A stretch of 64,000 nucleotides of DNA from NCBI GenBank assembly GCA_964609895.1, contig CAZSTG010000003.1:7574-71573 (forward strand), given 5' to 3'. Below the pieces are notes generated by a model. The model was not told the origin of the DNA, ran no database searches, and saw only the letters and a program-made list of their open reading frames with translations. Position 1 is the first letter of the stretch. Each line of letters starts with the position of its first letter. The stretch is from an uncultured Gammaproteobacteria bacterium (GTDB lineage: Bacteria > Patescibacteriota > Microgenomatia > UBA10105 > UBA927). Made by a program: the position numbers and the translations under genes. Shown here piece by piece: positions 1 through 10,009 of this stretch.

Positions 1-804
1 CTCCTTGCTCTGATCGGCGCGTTTTTGGCAAAAGGAGTGAATCCGCCACTAGGGACTATATTCAACTGGTGTTTTATGTATATTCCTGGGTTTGTGATGT
101 TCCGCGATCCCACAAAATTTTATCTGTTTACCGCAATCGGGTACGCGGTGCTTATCCCATATGTGTTGGATCATATTGAAGGAAGAATGAAAAAAACAAA
201 ATGGTTGCCATACGCGGCATTTTTGATATTCTGGGGATTCGCTGTTCGACCATTGTTGTTGGGACAGCTCACTGGAAATTTTCAACCGCAATCAATTCCT
301 CAGGATTATGTACGGCTAAAAGATATGCTTATTGCTGATACAACTTCGTCGCGAACGTTATGGATACCGGCGGCAGAAAAATTTGCATATGCGTCCGATA
401 TTCACCCTGTATTATCTGCATCTGGCCTGTATCCGAACACATCGCTTTCAGGTGTTTTGGAAATAGCGACATCATCTGCGTTTTTGCAGAAGCTTGCTCA
501 AAGCGGTGTGCGGTATGTCATTGTTCCGATGGACACAGAAGGGAAAATATTTATGACAGACTATAAAGCCGATAACGCGCTTCGTAAGCAGGCAATTTCT
601 GTGTTGGAGCAAACAGCGTTAACACGTCATACAGAATATCAGCAGATTGCTGTGTTTGAGAATAATCAATTTTCATATCATTCGGAGATACCTACTGTTG
701 TTGAAAAACAGGAATACTGGTCAAGAATAGGACTGATTGTTGGCGTGGTAGCATTGGGGATCTGTATGGGTATTGTTATAAGAAAACGAAAATCGTTCCA
801 GTAA
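1..804 (+). CDS. C-terminal portion of a polytopic membrane protein (5' end lies outside the window); soluble domain followed by a terminal TM anchor
   Basis: Frame-1 reading frame is open from nt 1 with no upstream stop. ORF track 25..804 ends with the hydrophobic segment GLIVGVVALGICMGIVI followed by a basic tail. No catalytic motif recognised. Confidence 0.4.
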   Translation, partial: LLALIGAFLAKGVNPPLGTIFNWCFMYIPGFVMFRDPTKFYLFTAIGYAVLIPYVLDHIEGRMKKTKWLPYAAFLIFWGFAVRPLLLGQLTGNFQPQSIPQDYVRLKDMLIADTTSSRTLWIPAAEKFAYASDIHPVLSASGLYPNTSLSGVLEIATSSAFLQKLAQSGVRYVIVPMDTEGKIFMTDYKADNALRKQAISVLEQTALTRHTEYQQIAVFENNQFSYHSEIPTVVEKQEYWSRIGLIVGVVALGICMGIVIRKRKSFQ

Positions 805-807
805 TCT

Positions 808-2661
808 ATGGAGTATTTACTGCATTTTTGCTTGCTCGTTTTGTATTGTGCTTCATTGTTTTCTTTTGGATGGGTACTGGTTAAAAAATTATTTGACGGG
901 TTACCCACCTTGCTTTCCGGTATTGCTTCTTGGCTTCTGGGAACGGTCATCGGTGTGCCCGCCGCCTATCTTTTTGCCTGTTTGTTTTCCAAAACGAGTG
1001 AGCCCATACTGTGGGGAGTAGTCGCGACGACAGTTGTCGGAGCAGGATTTGTTTTGAGCCAAAAATCCAAACGCCTGAAACCGGAAAAGGGTGTTGTATA
1101 TTCTGACATAGCGTTTGTTCTGTTTTCCATTGTTTTCAGCACATGGATGATGATGAAAACATTTCATGGAGGGCTAAACGGAGTTTTGTATGTCGGGAGC
1201 AACAATGTGTTTGATTTTTCCCACGCACTTGGGATTATCCGGTCATTTTCATATGGCAACAATATTCCGTTCACGTCGCCGTTTCAGGCGGGGTTGCCGT
1301 TTTTGTATCATTTCTTCTTTTATTTTTACGTCGGTATTTGGGAATATCTTGGCGTACCGATTATCTGTGCGATGAATATTCCGAGTATATTGTCAATGAC
1401 GGCACTGCTTGTCGTCATCTATTATCTTCCGCAGATCCTGTTTAAACAAAAACCGCTTGCCGGTTGGATTGCCGTTCTTTTGTCTGTAACAAACAGCACG
1501 CTTACGTTTTGGCATCTCCTCATGCAGAAAGGAATTTCACCCGAAACAATCAAATCATTGTGGCAACTGCCGACGTATCCGTTTGCAGGACCGTTTGACG
1601 GATCGACCATCTCCATATTTACAACCCTGAACAATTACGTCAATCAGCGGCATCTTTCTTTTGCGATTGCGTTTGGATTGTTGATATGTATTTTCGTTGA
1701 TGTCACCATCATGAAAAAACAACTGACGCGTGGAAAAATGGTGTTCTTCGGATTAGTGACAGGCCTTTTGTTGTATTGGAATGCATTTATTCTCGGTATG
1801 ACCGTCGTGTTGATTGGCGGTGTGCTGCTCGTCAAAAAGCAATGGAAACACACAGGGATATTTAGTGTCGCAGTACTCATTGTCGTTATTGTGTCGTCTA
1901 TTCCGTATCTGGGCGTAGTACGGCAACTTTCACCTCTTATCGGGTATGGCGCGGGAAAAGAGCAAACATGGACCGCCATACAATATTTATGGCAGAATAT
2001 TGGACTCTTGCCCATAGGAATTGTTGTCGGATGGTTTGCAGCTCCCAAACAGAAACGGAATATCGCATTGCTGTTCATTACGTTGTTTATTATTGAATGT
2101 GCATATGCCGTGATACATCAGCACGGGTTTGATCAGAAGTTTTATTCGTTTCTTATCCTACTTGTAAACTGCATTGCGGCAATCGGGATCGTATGGGTTT
2201 GGGAAAAGAGACAAATCTTTTGGAAAAGTATTGCCGTTTTAGGACTTAGTGTGTTGATAATTTCGGGAGTGATTGATCTTATTCCTATCAAAAATGAATT
2301 TGCGTATCCGCTCGTTGATCATACACTATTCCCTGTCGTTACATGGATTGCATCGCATACTGAAAAAAGCGCAGTGTTTGTATCGTATACAGATATGATT
2401 GACCCCGTGGTATTTGCAGGAAGGAAAAATTATTTCGGATTTTTTGGAAATGTCGGTTTGATAGATCGAACCGCTGAGGTAGGGCGCGTGTATGCAGGTG
2501 ATAGAGACAGTATGAAGCGTTTGGATATCTCCTACATTCTTGTCCCTCGTTGGGAGAAAAATGATTTTTCATATCAAGTGGAAGAGCAAAAATTATCGGC
2601 GAGTACAACACTTGTGTATGAAGATGCAATGTATCGCATCTATTCTTCTGTGGTAAAATAA
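808..2661 (+). CDS. polytopic integral membrane protein (many TM helices plus a C-terminal soluble domain), possibly a GT-C/YfhO-like glycosyltransferase
   Basis: 617-aa ORF with at least 10 hydrophobic helices. ATG at 808 lies 4 nt after the preceding stop. Architecture is similar to the membrane proteins that flank the glycan cluster. Confidence 0.4.
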   Translation: MEYLLHFCLLVLYCASLFSFGWVLVKKLFDGLPTLLSGIASWLLGTVIGVPAAYLFACLFSKTSEPILWGVVATTVVGAGFVLSQKSKRLKPEKGVVYSDIAFVLFSIVFSTWMMMKTFHGGLNGVLYVGSNNVFDFSHALGIIRSFSYGNNIPFTSPFQAGLPFLYHFFFYFYVGIWEYLGVPIICAMNIPSILSMTALLVVIYYLPQILFKQKPLAGWIAVLLSVTNSTLTFWHLLMQKGISPETIKSLWQLPTYPFAGPFDGSTISIFTTLNNYVNQRHLSFAIAFGLLICIFVDVTIMKKQLTRGKMVFFGLVTGLLLYWNAFILGMTVVLIGGVLLVKKQWKHTGIFSVAVLIVVIVSSIPYLGVVRQLSPLIGYGAGKEQTWTAIQYLWQNIGLLPIGIVVGWFAAPKQKRNIALLFITLFIIECAYAVIHQHGFDQKFYSFLILLVNCIAAIGIVWVWEKRQIFWKSIAVLGLSVLIISGVIDLIPIKNEFAYPLVDHTLFPVVTWIASHTEKSAVFVSYTDMIDPVVFAGRKNYFGFFGNVGLIDRTAEVGRVYAGDRDSMKRLDISYILVPRWEKNDFSYQVEEQKLSASTTLVYEDAMYRIYSSVVK

Positions 2662-2667
2662 TGGCAT

Positions 2668-3618
2668 ATGGAAACGGATGACAAACAGGTAAGTGTTGTG
2701 ACGGGTGGAGCGGGTTTTATCGGATCAAATCTTTGTGAAGCACTTCTTTCAATCGGACATACTGTTTTTTGTGTGGATAATCTCGTTACGGGAACGGAAA
2801 AGAACATTGAACATATCAAAGATAATCCCGACTTTACGTTCATTAACTGGGATGTTATTAACGAATTTCCCGTATTGCCAACAATTCACTACATTTTTCA
2901 TCTTGCTTCACCCGCGTCGGTTCCTGACTATCAGAAATACAGTGAGGAAACAGCATTGGTTAATTCCGTAGGAACGAGAAACATGCTGAAGGTTGCCAAG
3001 GCCTACAAGGCAAAATTTCTGTTTACGTCAACGAGTGAAGTGTATGGCAATCCGTTTGAACACCCGCAAAAGGAAACGTACTGGGGGAATGTGAATCCAA
3101 ACGGAGTTAGGTCTTGTTATGATGAATCCAAACGGTTTGGGGAAATGATGACAATGCTGTATGTCAGAAATCGTGGAGTGGATGGGCGTATCGTCCGCAT
3201 CTTTAATACATATGGGCCGAACATGCGGAAAGATGACGGCAGAGTTATCTCCAACTTCATCAATCAGGCACTTGAGGAAAAACCGCTTACGGTCTACGGA
3301 GATGGGAAACAGACACGGTCGATCTGTTATGTGTCAGATCTTGTGGATGGACTTATGAAGATGATGTTTTCGGACAAAACAAAAGGGGAAGTCATCAATC
3401 TCGGAAATCCTGAGGAATACACCATGATTGATCTTGCCAAAAAAATACAAAAAATGACGGGAACAAAATCCGAAATTGTGTTTGCACCATTACCTCAGGA
3501 TGATCCAATGCAGAGGCGGCCTGATATCACAAAGGCAAAAACAGTGTTAGGGTGGGAGCCAAAAGTGACGGCTGACGTTGGTCTTCAAAAAACAATTGAG
3601 TATTACAAGAGCCTATAA
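2668..3618 (+). CDS. UDP-glucuronate decarboxylase (UDP-xylose synthase) family, NAD-dependent epimerase/dehydratase
   Basis: N-terminal Rossmann motif VTGGAGFIGSNL. Core YGNPFEHPQKETYWGNVNPNGVRSCYDESKRFGE contains the catalytic YxxxK and is typical of UXS/ArnA-C family. Length 316 aa. Confidence 0.75.
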   Translation: METDDKQVSVVTGGAGFIGSNLCEALLSIGHTVFCVDNLVTGTEKNIEHIKDNPDFTFINWDVINEFPVLPTIHYIFHLASPASVPDYQKYSEETALVNSVGTRNMLKVAKAYKAKFLFTSTSEVYGNPFEHPQKETYWGNVNPNGVRSCYDESKRFGEMMTMLYVRNRGVDGRIVRIFNTYGPNMRKDDGRVISNFINQALEEKPLTVYGDGKQTRSICYVSDLVDGLMKMMFSDKTKGEVINLGNPEEYTMIDLAKKIQKMTGTKSEIVFAPLPQDDPMQRRPDITKAKTVLGWEPKVTADVGLQKTIEYYKSL

Positions 3619-3660
3619 AGTCAAAAGTCTATAAAGTCGAATACGACTGAGGAAAAATAT

Positions 3661-4002
3661 ATGAAAATAATTCGCGATACTATATCAATTCCAGATTTGA
3701 AAGAAATGTCACAGATGTGGTATGGAGAACTGGTGAAGGCGGTTGTTGATGTTGACCGTGGCATCATGGCTGTGGACGGCGAAATGCATGCAGACGAAGA
3801 GCAACTCCTTCTTAGAGACGGATCGAAACAAGAACATCTGTGGGGAATAAATATATATCCAAATAAAGAAGGTGATGATCGTATTGAATTTGATTCAATG
3901 ATAAATGTTCGGCCATCACAACACAATATGAGCAGAAGTGTTGAAGATGAAACGCTTCAAAAAACTATTCGGTCAATTGTTGATAAAATCGTAGCCAAAT
4001 AA
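3661..4002 (+). CDS. hypothetical protein, DUF5674-like
   Basis: 113-aa ORF. Motifs KAVVDVDRGIMAVDGEMHADEEQLLL and WGINIYP match my recollection of DUF5674. From memory only. Confidence 0.4.
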   Translation: MKIIRDTISIPDLKEMSQMWYGELVKAVVDVDRGIMAVDGEMHADEEQLLLRDGSKQEHLWGINIYPNKEGDDRIEFDSMINVRPSQHNMSRSVEDETLQKTIRSIVDKIVAK

Positions 4003-4006
4003 TTGT

Positions 4007-4330
4007 ATGTATCATCCTCCAGTTGCACAAGAAAAATGGAATGCATTTACACGATGTGAGCAAATGGCAAATATTGGCAGTGAGGTGTCACGAGCTGTCA
4101 ATTGGAAAGAAAGAGACACGCGTAGTATGCAACTTGCTGTGTATCGAGCGCTCGAATTACTTGCTCTTTCTGTTCAAGACACAAAAAATGCTGACGGATT
4201 AAGGGAAATACTACGGGTGAAGGAATGTATTGCAGATTACTTTTTGGGTAAAAATACCTATGCGTTTACGGATACATGGTGGAATAAGTATTTTATGGAA
4301 TACGCACTTGCCGCAAGGAGTGGTACATGA
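4007..4330 (+). CDS. hypothetical protein
   Basis: 107-aa ORF 5 nt after the previous stop, same strand. Predicted helical, no recognisable motif. Confidence 0.35.
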   Translation: MYHPPVAQEKWNAFTRCEQMANIGSEVSRAVNWKERDTRSMQLAVYRALELLALSVQDTKNADGLREILRVKECIADYFLGKNTYAFTDTWWNKYFMEYALAARSGT

Positions 4331-4548
4331 AAATTCAGGATATAGGATTTTTGGCTGCGCTCATAATTCTTCTTTTTTTTCGAAAACCAAAAGTCTTTAT
4401 TTTCGCGGGTCTTGCCTGTTTTTTGTTGGCTATTCCATTATTTGCCAAATGGATTTTCTTTACGGGTGAGCGATTGGTTTGGTATGGCGCGGCGTTTATT
4501 ACAATTGGTATACTATACATGCTACTAGCAAAGGAGAAAAAGGTATGA
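4327..4548 (+). CDS. small membrane protein (two TM helices)
   Basis: 73-aa ORF with ATGA overlaps at both ends (with 4007..4330 and with galE). Two hydrophobic helices. Confidence 0.3.
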   Translation: MKIQDIGFLAALIILLFFRKPKVFIFAGLACFLLAIPLFAKWIFFTGERLVWYGAAFITIGILYMLLAKEKKV

Positions 4549-5531
4549 AGTTTTTAGTGACAGGTGGAGCAGGATATATTGGATCAATTACAAATGCACT
4601 ACTTCGGGCGGAAGGACATGAGACGGTCGTGTTTGACAATATGACCATGGGTCACAAAGAAGCTATAGGAGATACAAAGCTTATTGTCGGCGATCTTCGG
4701 AAAAAAGAAGATGTTGAAGCGGCATTTGCAGGGAGCACATTTGATGCAGTCATTCATTTTGCAGCACTTACCCTTCCTGGGGAATCTATGCAAAAGCCAT
4801 ATGAGTATTTCCATAATAATATTGATGGCGGGCTCAACTTGCTTGAGGCGATGCGAGCACACGAATGTAAACGCATTATTTTTTCTTCTACCTGTGCAGT
4901 CTATGGATTTCCGAAAGACCTGCCGGTGACTGAAAGCTCTCCCATTGCGCCGACATCTGTGTATGGTGCATCAAAACGAAATTTTGAAGAAGTCCTTGAA
5001 TGGTATGAAAAAATTCATGGCATCAGATTTGCGAGACTTCGATATTTTAATGCGTGTGGAGCACTCGCCGATGGAAGTCTTGGAGAAGACCATAGTCCTG
5101 AAACTCATATCATTCCTGTTGCCATCAATGCATTGATGAAAGGTGAGCCGTTTTATGTGTTTGGTCGTGATTACCATACACCGGATGGCACGTGTGTTCG
5201 TGACTATATCCATGTCTCAGATCTTGCAAGCGCACATTTGAAGGCAGCAGAATACATTGCTCGTGAGGATACATCATTGACGGTAAACCTTGGTGTCGGC
5301 AAAGGGTATTCCAATATGGAAATACTCCGCGCTATTGAAACAGTCACGGGAAAGAAACTCAATATTCAGGATAAAGAGCGACGTTGGGGTGATCCAGATG
5401 CAATTTACGCAGATAATACAGCTGCAAAAACGATACTTGATTGGGAACCAAAATATACAACGCCTGAATCAATCATAGAAACCGCATGGAAGTGGCACGC
5501 ATCACACCCTGATGGGTATACAGCAAAGTAA
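4545..5531 (+). CDS. galE: UDP-glucose 4-epimerase
   Basis: Start moved to internal Met 23 of ORF 4479 (MKFLVTGGAGYIGS) because a strong SD AAGGAGAAAAAGGT precedes it. Catalytic YGASK (YxxxK) motif present; GalE-like throughout. Confidence 0.85.
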   Translation: MKFLVTGGAGYIGSITNALLRAEGHETVVFDNMTMGHKEAIGDTKLIVGDLRKKEDVEAAFAGSTFDAVIHFAALTLPGESMQKPYEYFHNNIDGGLNLLEAMRAHECKRIIFSSTCAVYGFPKDLPVTESSPIAPTSVYGASKRNFEEVLEWYEKIHGIRFARLRYFNACGALADGSLGEDHSPETHIIPVAINALMKGEPFYVFGRDYHTPDGTCVRDYIHVSDLASAHLKAAEYIAREDTSLTVNLGVGKGYSNMEILRAIETVTGKKLNIQDKERRWGDPDAIYADNTAAKTILDWEPKYTTPESIIETAWKWHASHPDGYTAK

Positions 5532-5533
5532 TC

Positions 5534-6640
5534 TTACTTTTTGAAGAAACGCTTGATCATGTCGATAACGTATTGTATTTGGCCTTCTGTCATTTCAGGA
5601 TATATGGGAAGACTTAAGGATGTTTCCGCTAAGTTTTCCGCAATTGGAAATGCCCCTTTTTTATAATTGAGATGTTTGTATGCAGTTTGTAGATGCGGAG
5701 GGATAGGGTAATGGATTAATGTTTTTATGGTCTGTGATTCCAGATATTTTTGCAGTGCATTTCGTTTCCGTGTCCGTATCGGATAGACGTGATAGACGTT
5801 TGTCGAACCCGTTTCTGTCGTTGGTAGGATGATGTCTCCAACGCCCATAAGTGCAGCGCTGTAGTGTTTGGCAATTGATTGTTTTCGTTTTGTGTACGTA
5901 TTCAGGTGTCTGAGTCTCACGCGAAGAAATGCGGCCTGCAGTTCGTCCAGTCTTGAATTGAATCCGATCCGTTCATTGATATACCGCTTTGATTCTCCGT
6001 AATTTCTGATGCTGCGCAACATGTCCGCATAGCGTTTGGCATTCGTTGTCAGTGCGCCTGCGTCGCCGATTGCACCCAAATTCTTTCCGGGATAAAAACT
6101 TGTTGCATTGATATGGCCGAAACTGCCGGTCTTTTTTCCGCGAAACGTTGCCCCATGGGATTGGGCATTGTCTTCTATGACGAACAACCGGTGCGTTGTT
6201 GCAATATGCATGATTGCATCCATTTGGCAGGCCTGTCCGAACAGATGTACCGGAATGATGGCTTTGGTTTTTTTTGTTATCGCATGTTTGATTGTGTCTG
6301 GATCAATGTTGTAGGTTTTGACTTTCGGTTCGACGGGTACCGGTTTTGCTCCGACGCGCGAGACGGCAACCAAGGTCGCAATATAGGTGTTGGAGGGAAC
6401 GATGACTTCATCGCCCTGTCCGATACCGAGTGCAGTGAGTGCCAATATCAGCGCATCCAGTCCGTTTCCGACCCCGATACAATACCGTGTGCCGGAAAAT
6501 GTTGCATACTGTTTTTCAAAAGCCTGTACTTCAGCGCCCAATATGACTCTTCCGCTTTGCAATACGCGAATGAGGGAGCGTGACAGCTCCTCTTCGATGG
6601 TGTGATAGGTGCAGTTCAGATCTAGATAGGGAACATGCAT
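5534..6640 (-). CDS. DegT/DnrJ/EryC1/StrS family PLP-dependent sugar aminotransferase (FdtB/QdtB-like)
   Basis: Motifs GDEVIVPSNTYIATL, HLFGQACQMDAI and SFYPGKNLGAIGDAGA (PLP lysine region). Family-typical 368 aa. Confidence 0.8.
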   Translation of the reverse strand: MHVPYLDLNCTYHTIEEELSRSLIRVLQSGRVILGAEVQAFEKQYATFSGTRYCIGVGNGLDALILALTALGIGQGDEVIVPSNTYIATLVAVSRVGAKPVPVEPKVKTYNIDPDTIKHAITKKTKAIIPVHLFGQACQMDAIMHIATTHRLFVIEDNAQSHGATFRGKKTGSFGHINATSFYPGKNLGAIGDAGALTTNAKRYADMLRSIRNYGESKRYINERIGFNSRLDELQAAFLRVRLRHLNTYTKRKQSIAKHYSAALMGVGDIILPTTETGSTNVYHVYPIRTRKRNALQKYLESQTIKTLIHYPIPPHLQTAYKHLNYKKGAFPIAENLAETSLSLPIYPEMTEGQIQYVIDMIKRFFKK

Positions 6641-6641
6641 A

Positions 6642-7634
6642 TTATTGTTTTCGTGTAACGAGTTTCAGAAACTGCTGATAATCACGGATATAATCGGATG
6701 CGTTATAGCGGTCGGAGGCAAAGACGGCGAGGATGGCATCTTCACTGTATTTGTACTGCGTACCCCATACCATTGGTGGTAAATAGAGACCCGTTGTCAT
6801 TTCCTGTAGTTCTATTTCCTCCCTGCGTGTGCCGTCATCCACAATGACGTGGACCGACCCTCTGATACACAGAAGATATTGTCTGCATTTTTTGTGTGCG
6901 TGTTCTCCGCGGACATCCTGACCGGGAACATGATACACGAAAAATACCCGTTTGATGAGAAAGGGGATATATTTCTGATATTCTACATAAGACAGGTTTC
7001 CCCGCAGGTCGGATGCTTTCTCTATTGTGTTCACCCACACATTTTTTACATGAAGTTTTTTTGGTGTTACTTTTCTGCCGGAAGCAATCGTTTTGCTTTT
7101 TTTTGCTGTTCCGGTTGTGACGTATCCGGTGATCCGTGCGGGATTTCCGACGACAATTGCATACGGCGGAACATCTTTTGTGACGACAGCGCCGGCTCCG
7201 ACCATTGCATACTCATGTACTGTGATTCCCGGAAGAATGGTTGCGTTTGCGCCGATGGATGCATGGTGTTTGACCGTTGTTTTGAGCGGTACAGTTTGAT
7301 GATGCCTGCTTCGGGGGAATTTATCATTTGCAAAGGTTGCATTCGGGCCGATAAAGACGTCGTGTTCAATGGTGATGCCGTCCCATAACTGTACGCCGCA
7401 CTTGACTGTTACGTTATCGTCCACGCGGACATTGTTTTCTATATACACGTGATCGCATATATTGCAGTTCCTGCCAATGAAGGCGGAAGCGAGAATATTG
7501 CAATACGCCCAGATGTGTGTACCTGAACCGATATGTGTTGCTTGAACTAACGCAGTGTCATGAATGAACGGTTTCATACAGACGCCCATGTGTTTCTGTG
7601 TTCGGCACACGGGTGTTTGAGCAGTGTTTTCCAT
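6642..7634 (-). CDS. bifunctional left-handed beta-helix N-acetyltransferase / cupin-type sugar 3,4-ketoisomerase (FdtD-like; FdtC-like N-terminus and FdtA/WxcM-like C-terminus)
   Basis: The N-terminal 170 aa carry hexapeptide repeats ([44 protein letters not shown]). The C-terminal 140 aa are a cupin with HxH-type residues (RGEHAHKKC...GSVHVIVDDG), as in FdtA/QdtA. True start may be the internal Met 20. Confidence 0.7.
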   Translation of the reverse strand: MENTAQTPVCRTQKHMGVCMKPFIHDTALVQATHIGSGTHIWAYCNILASAFIGRNCNICDHVYIENNVRVDDNVTVKCGVQLWDGITIEHDVFIGPNATFANDKFPRSRHHQTVPLKTTVKHHASIGANATILPGITVHEYAMVGAGAVVTKDVPPYAIVVGNPARITGYVTTGTAKKSKTIASGRKVTPKKLHVKNVWVNTIEKASDLRGNLSYVEYQKYIPFLIKRVFFVYHVPGQDVRGEHAHKKCRQYLLCIRGSVHVIVDDGTRREEIELQEMTTGLYLPPMVWGTQYKYSEDAILAVFASDRYNASDYIRDYQQFLKLVTRKQ

Positions 7635-7702
7635 AATACTGAATACGTATGAAAAAAGCTAGGATGTGCCGGAAAATGCAGAAATACGATATACTTGTAG
7701 AT

Positions 7703-8251
7703 ATGCGCGTCGGTATTGATATCAGTCAGGCGGTGTATGAAGGAACAGGGGTCGGAAGGTATGTGCGGGAACTTGTTCCCCGTGTGATTGCCGCATCCCC
7801 TGAACATTCGTTCGTCTTGTTTGCTGGGTGTCTCCGCCGGAAAAGAAGCATTGAGGAATTTGTCCGCCCGATTGTGAAAACATCGAAGCGTGTTACGGTA
7901 AAGATTGTTCCCATTCCCCCTAAATTACTCCATATCCTGTGGAATATCCTGCATATTGTACCTGTCCATTGGTTTACCGGACATGTGGATGTGTTCTGGT
8001 CAAGCGATTGGACACAGCCGCCGCTTGAAAGGAACACGGTGGGGATGACCACGATCCATGATGTCAGTTTTTTGCATTTTCCGGAAAGTTTTCCAAAGGA
8101 GATTCTTATGGTGCAGAGGCGGCGTATCCTTCGGGCAATCGGCGCATGCTCCCTGTTTTTATGCGATTCCGAGGCGACGAAAAACGATGTGGCACACTAT
8201 ATCGGCATCAAGGAAAGCAAATTACTCGTAGTCTATCCGGGGATTGCCTGA
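7703..8251 (+). pseudogene. truncated GT4 glycosyltransferase: N-terminal (acceptor) domain only, ending at the interdomain linker
   Basis: MRVGIDIS start, like the full-length paralogues at 8244 and 17358. Ends ...VVYPGIA* exactly where paralogues continue (VTYPGLS...). Lacks the C-terminal EX7E donor domain. Overlaps the next GT4 by 8 nt. Confidence 0.4.
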
Positions 8252-9404
8252 TGAACCTATGATTATTGCAATTGACGGTTATGAAGCAAATGTGACAACT
8301 CGAGTGGGGATCGGCAGATATGCCTATGAAATCCTGATGCATATGCATGCCGTGCTGCGCGACCGATACATTGCAGGTGAGCTGTCGGATGTGTATCGTA
8401 TTTATCTGCCTTCTTCCCCGATTGCCGACATGCCGAAAGCGTCTCCGTGGTGGCAATACCGTGTTGCCGGACCGAAAACCCTGTGGACTTTTTTCGGACT
8501 GCCGCGGGCACTGAGAAACGATACGCCGAAGGCAGACGTCGTTTTTTCGCCGACGCACTATATACCCCGCTTTATCAGCATTCCCCGCGTCATGTCCATC
8601 ATGGATCTTTCGTATCTGCAGTATCCTGAACTGTTCAAGCGAAGGGATCTGCATCAGTTGGTACACTGGACGCGATATTCCGTATCGCATGCAGCTGCGG
8701 TTTTTACCATCAGTGCATTCAGTAAAAATGCTATAATTGACACATACCACATTCCTGATGCGAAGGTTCATGTGACTTATCCGGGATTGAGCGCATTGCA
8801 ATCTATGGGAACGATTGAAAAATATCACATAGCAAAACACTATATCCTCTCCGTAGGCACGATTCAGCCTCGGAAAAACTACACACGCCTCATCGAAGGC
8901 TTTGCCGGATTTTTGAAGCTGAATAAACAGAAATTCGGCATGATTGATCTCGTGATTGTCGGAAAAAAAGGATGGCTGTATGAAGAAATCCTTCAGGCTC
9001 CCAAAAAATACGGGGTGGAAGACAGGGTAAAATTCCTTGACTTCGTGCCTGACAACGATCTGCCGGCACTGTACAAACATGCCCTTTGTTTTGCCCTTCC
9101 CAGCCTCTATGAAGGCTTTGGTCTGCCGGTTTTGGAGGCTATGGCTGAAGGGTGTCCTGTGGTGGTCAGTTCCGTTTCCAGTCTGCCGGAGATAGCGGGA
9201 AAAGCAGGTATTTACGTAACACCGGAGGACACCGCAAGTATCACTCAAGGACTCCTTACCGCCGTTCGTCAACGGAATCTCATGCAGGGGAGAGCACGCA
9301 TTAAAAAAGGGCTGGAACAGGTGAAAAGATTTACATGGGAAGAGGCGGCAAAACAGACCGTCGCCGTTTTGGAACGGGTAGCGCGGAAGGGAGCTAAGGT
9401 ATGA
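8244..9404 (+). CDS. glycosyltransferase family 4 (GT-B, retaining)
   Basis: 386 aa, two Rossmann halves. C-terminal [18 protein letters not shown] (EX7E) motif. Confidence 0.8.
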   Translation: MPDEPMIIAIDGYEANVTTRVGIGRYAYEILMHMHAVLRDRYIAGELSDVYRIYLPSSPIADMPKASPWWQYRVAGPKTLWTFFGLPRALRNDTPKADVVFSPTHYIPRFISIPRVMSIMDLSYLQYPELFKRRDLHQLVHWTRYSVSHAAAVFTISAFSKNAIIDTYHIPDAKVHVTYPGLSALQSMGTIEKYHIAKHYILSVGTIQPRKNYTRLIEGFAGFLKLNKQKFGMIDLVIVGKKGWLYEEILQAPKKYGVEDRVKFLDFVPDNDLPALYKHALCFALPSLYEGFGLPVLEAMAEGCPVVVSSVSSLPEIAGKAGIYVTPEDTASITQGLLTAVRQRNLMQGRARIKKGLEQVKRFTWEEAAKQTVAVLERVARKGAKV

Positions 9405-9985
9405 GAGGACTGATCGATTTTTGGGTATATCTCTGCACACTGAACGGCTATGTGTTAAGTCACACACTCCGGTTGTTTTTTTACCGGACACTGTACCGGA
9501 TAAAGATAGGAAAGCATTCGTCCATTCATTGGCGGGCGGAATTCGATAATCCCGCGGGAGTGGAAATAGGACACAATACCATCATCGGCAATGATGCGTT
9601 TCTTGACGGCCGTGCACCGATGAACGGGGACAAGAAACACTATCTGAAAAGATTTTTCGGCTCAGGCAGCAGACCGCTTCGTATCGGCAACAATGTCTCC
9701 ATCGCGGGCGAAGTGCGTATTTATACCATGGAACACGACATCGACAGTCCAGATTTTGCGGCAATCGGCGCGCCCGTCGTGATTGAAGATTATGTCGTCA
9801 TCGGATCCCGTGTTACCATACTTCCGGGGGTAACCATCGGCAAAGGGGCAGTAGTTGCATCGGGCGCCGTGGTGACAAAAGATGTTCCTGCGTATGCCGT
9901 TGTCGGCGGAGTACCCGCAACATTCATCAAAGAACGTTCAAAAGATCTTCGGTATACACTCAAATTTGCCCGTCTGTTCCAGTGA
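9401..9985 (+). CDS. hexapeptide-repeat sugar O-acetyltransferase (WcaF/WbbJ-like)
   Basis: LbH repeats [70 protein letters not shown] overlap with the upstream GT4. Confidence 0.8.
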   Translation: MRGLIDFWVYLCTLNGYVLSHTLRLFFYRTLYRIKIGKHSSIHWRAEFDNPAGVEIGHNTIIGNDAFLDGRAPMNGDKKHYLKRFFGSGSRPLRIGNNVSIAGEVRIYTMEHDIDSPDFAAIGAPVVIEDYVVIGSRVTILPGVTIGKGAVVASGAVVTKDVPAYAVVGGVPATFIKERSKDLRYTLKFARLFQ

Positions 9986-10009
9986 GCATGCGCAAAGGAA
10001 TCATAGGAT

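Noticed and set aside
4479-4544. N-terminal extension of galE in the ORF track (MVWRGVYYNWYT...)
   Set aside because: An internal Met is preceded by a strong SD and matches the canonical GalE N-terminus. The extension overlaps the small membrane ORF.
6108-6640. Several plus-strand ORFs of 68-156 aa inside the minus-strand DegT gene
   Set aside because: Shadow ORFs with no motifs.
8208-9491. 427-aa ORF on the minus strand fully antisense to the GT4 gene 8244-9404
   Set aside because: Cys/Arg/His-rich low-complexity translation with no motifs. It is a mirror-frame artefact of a strongly coding plus-strand gene.
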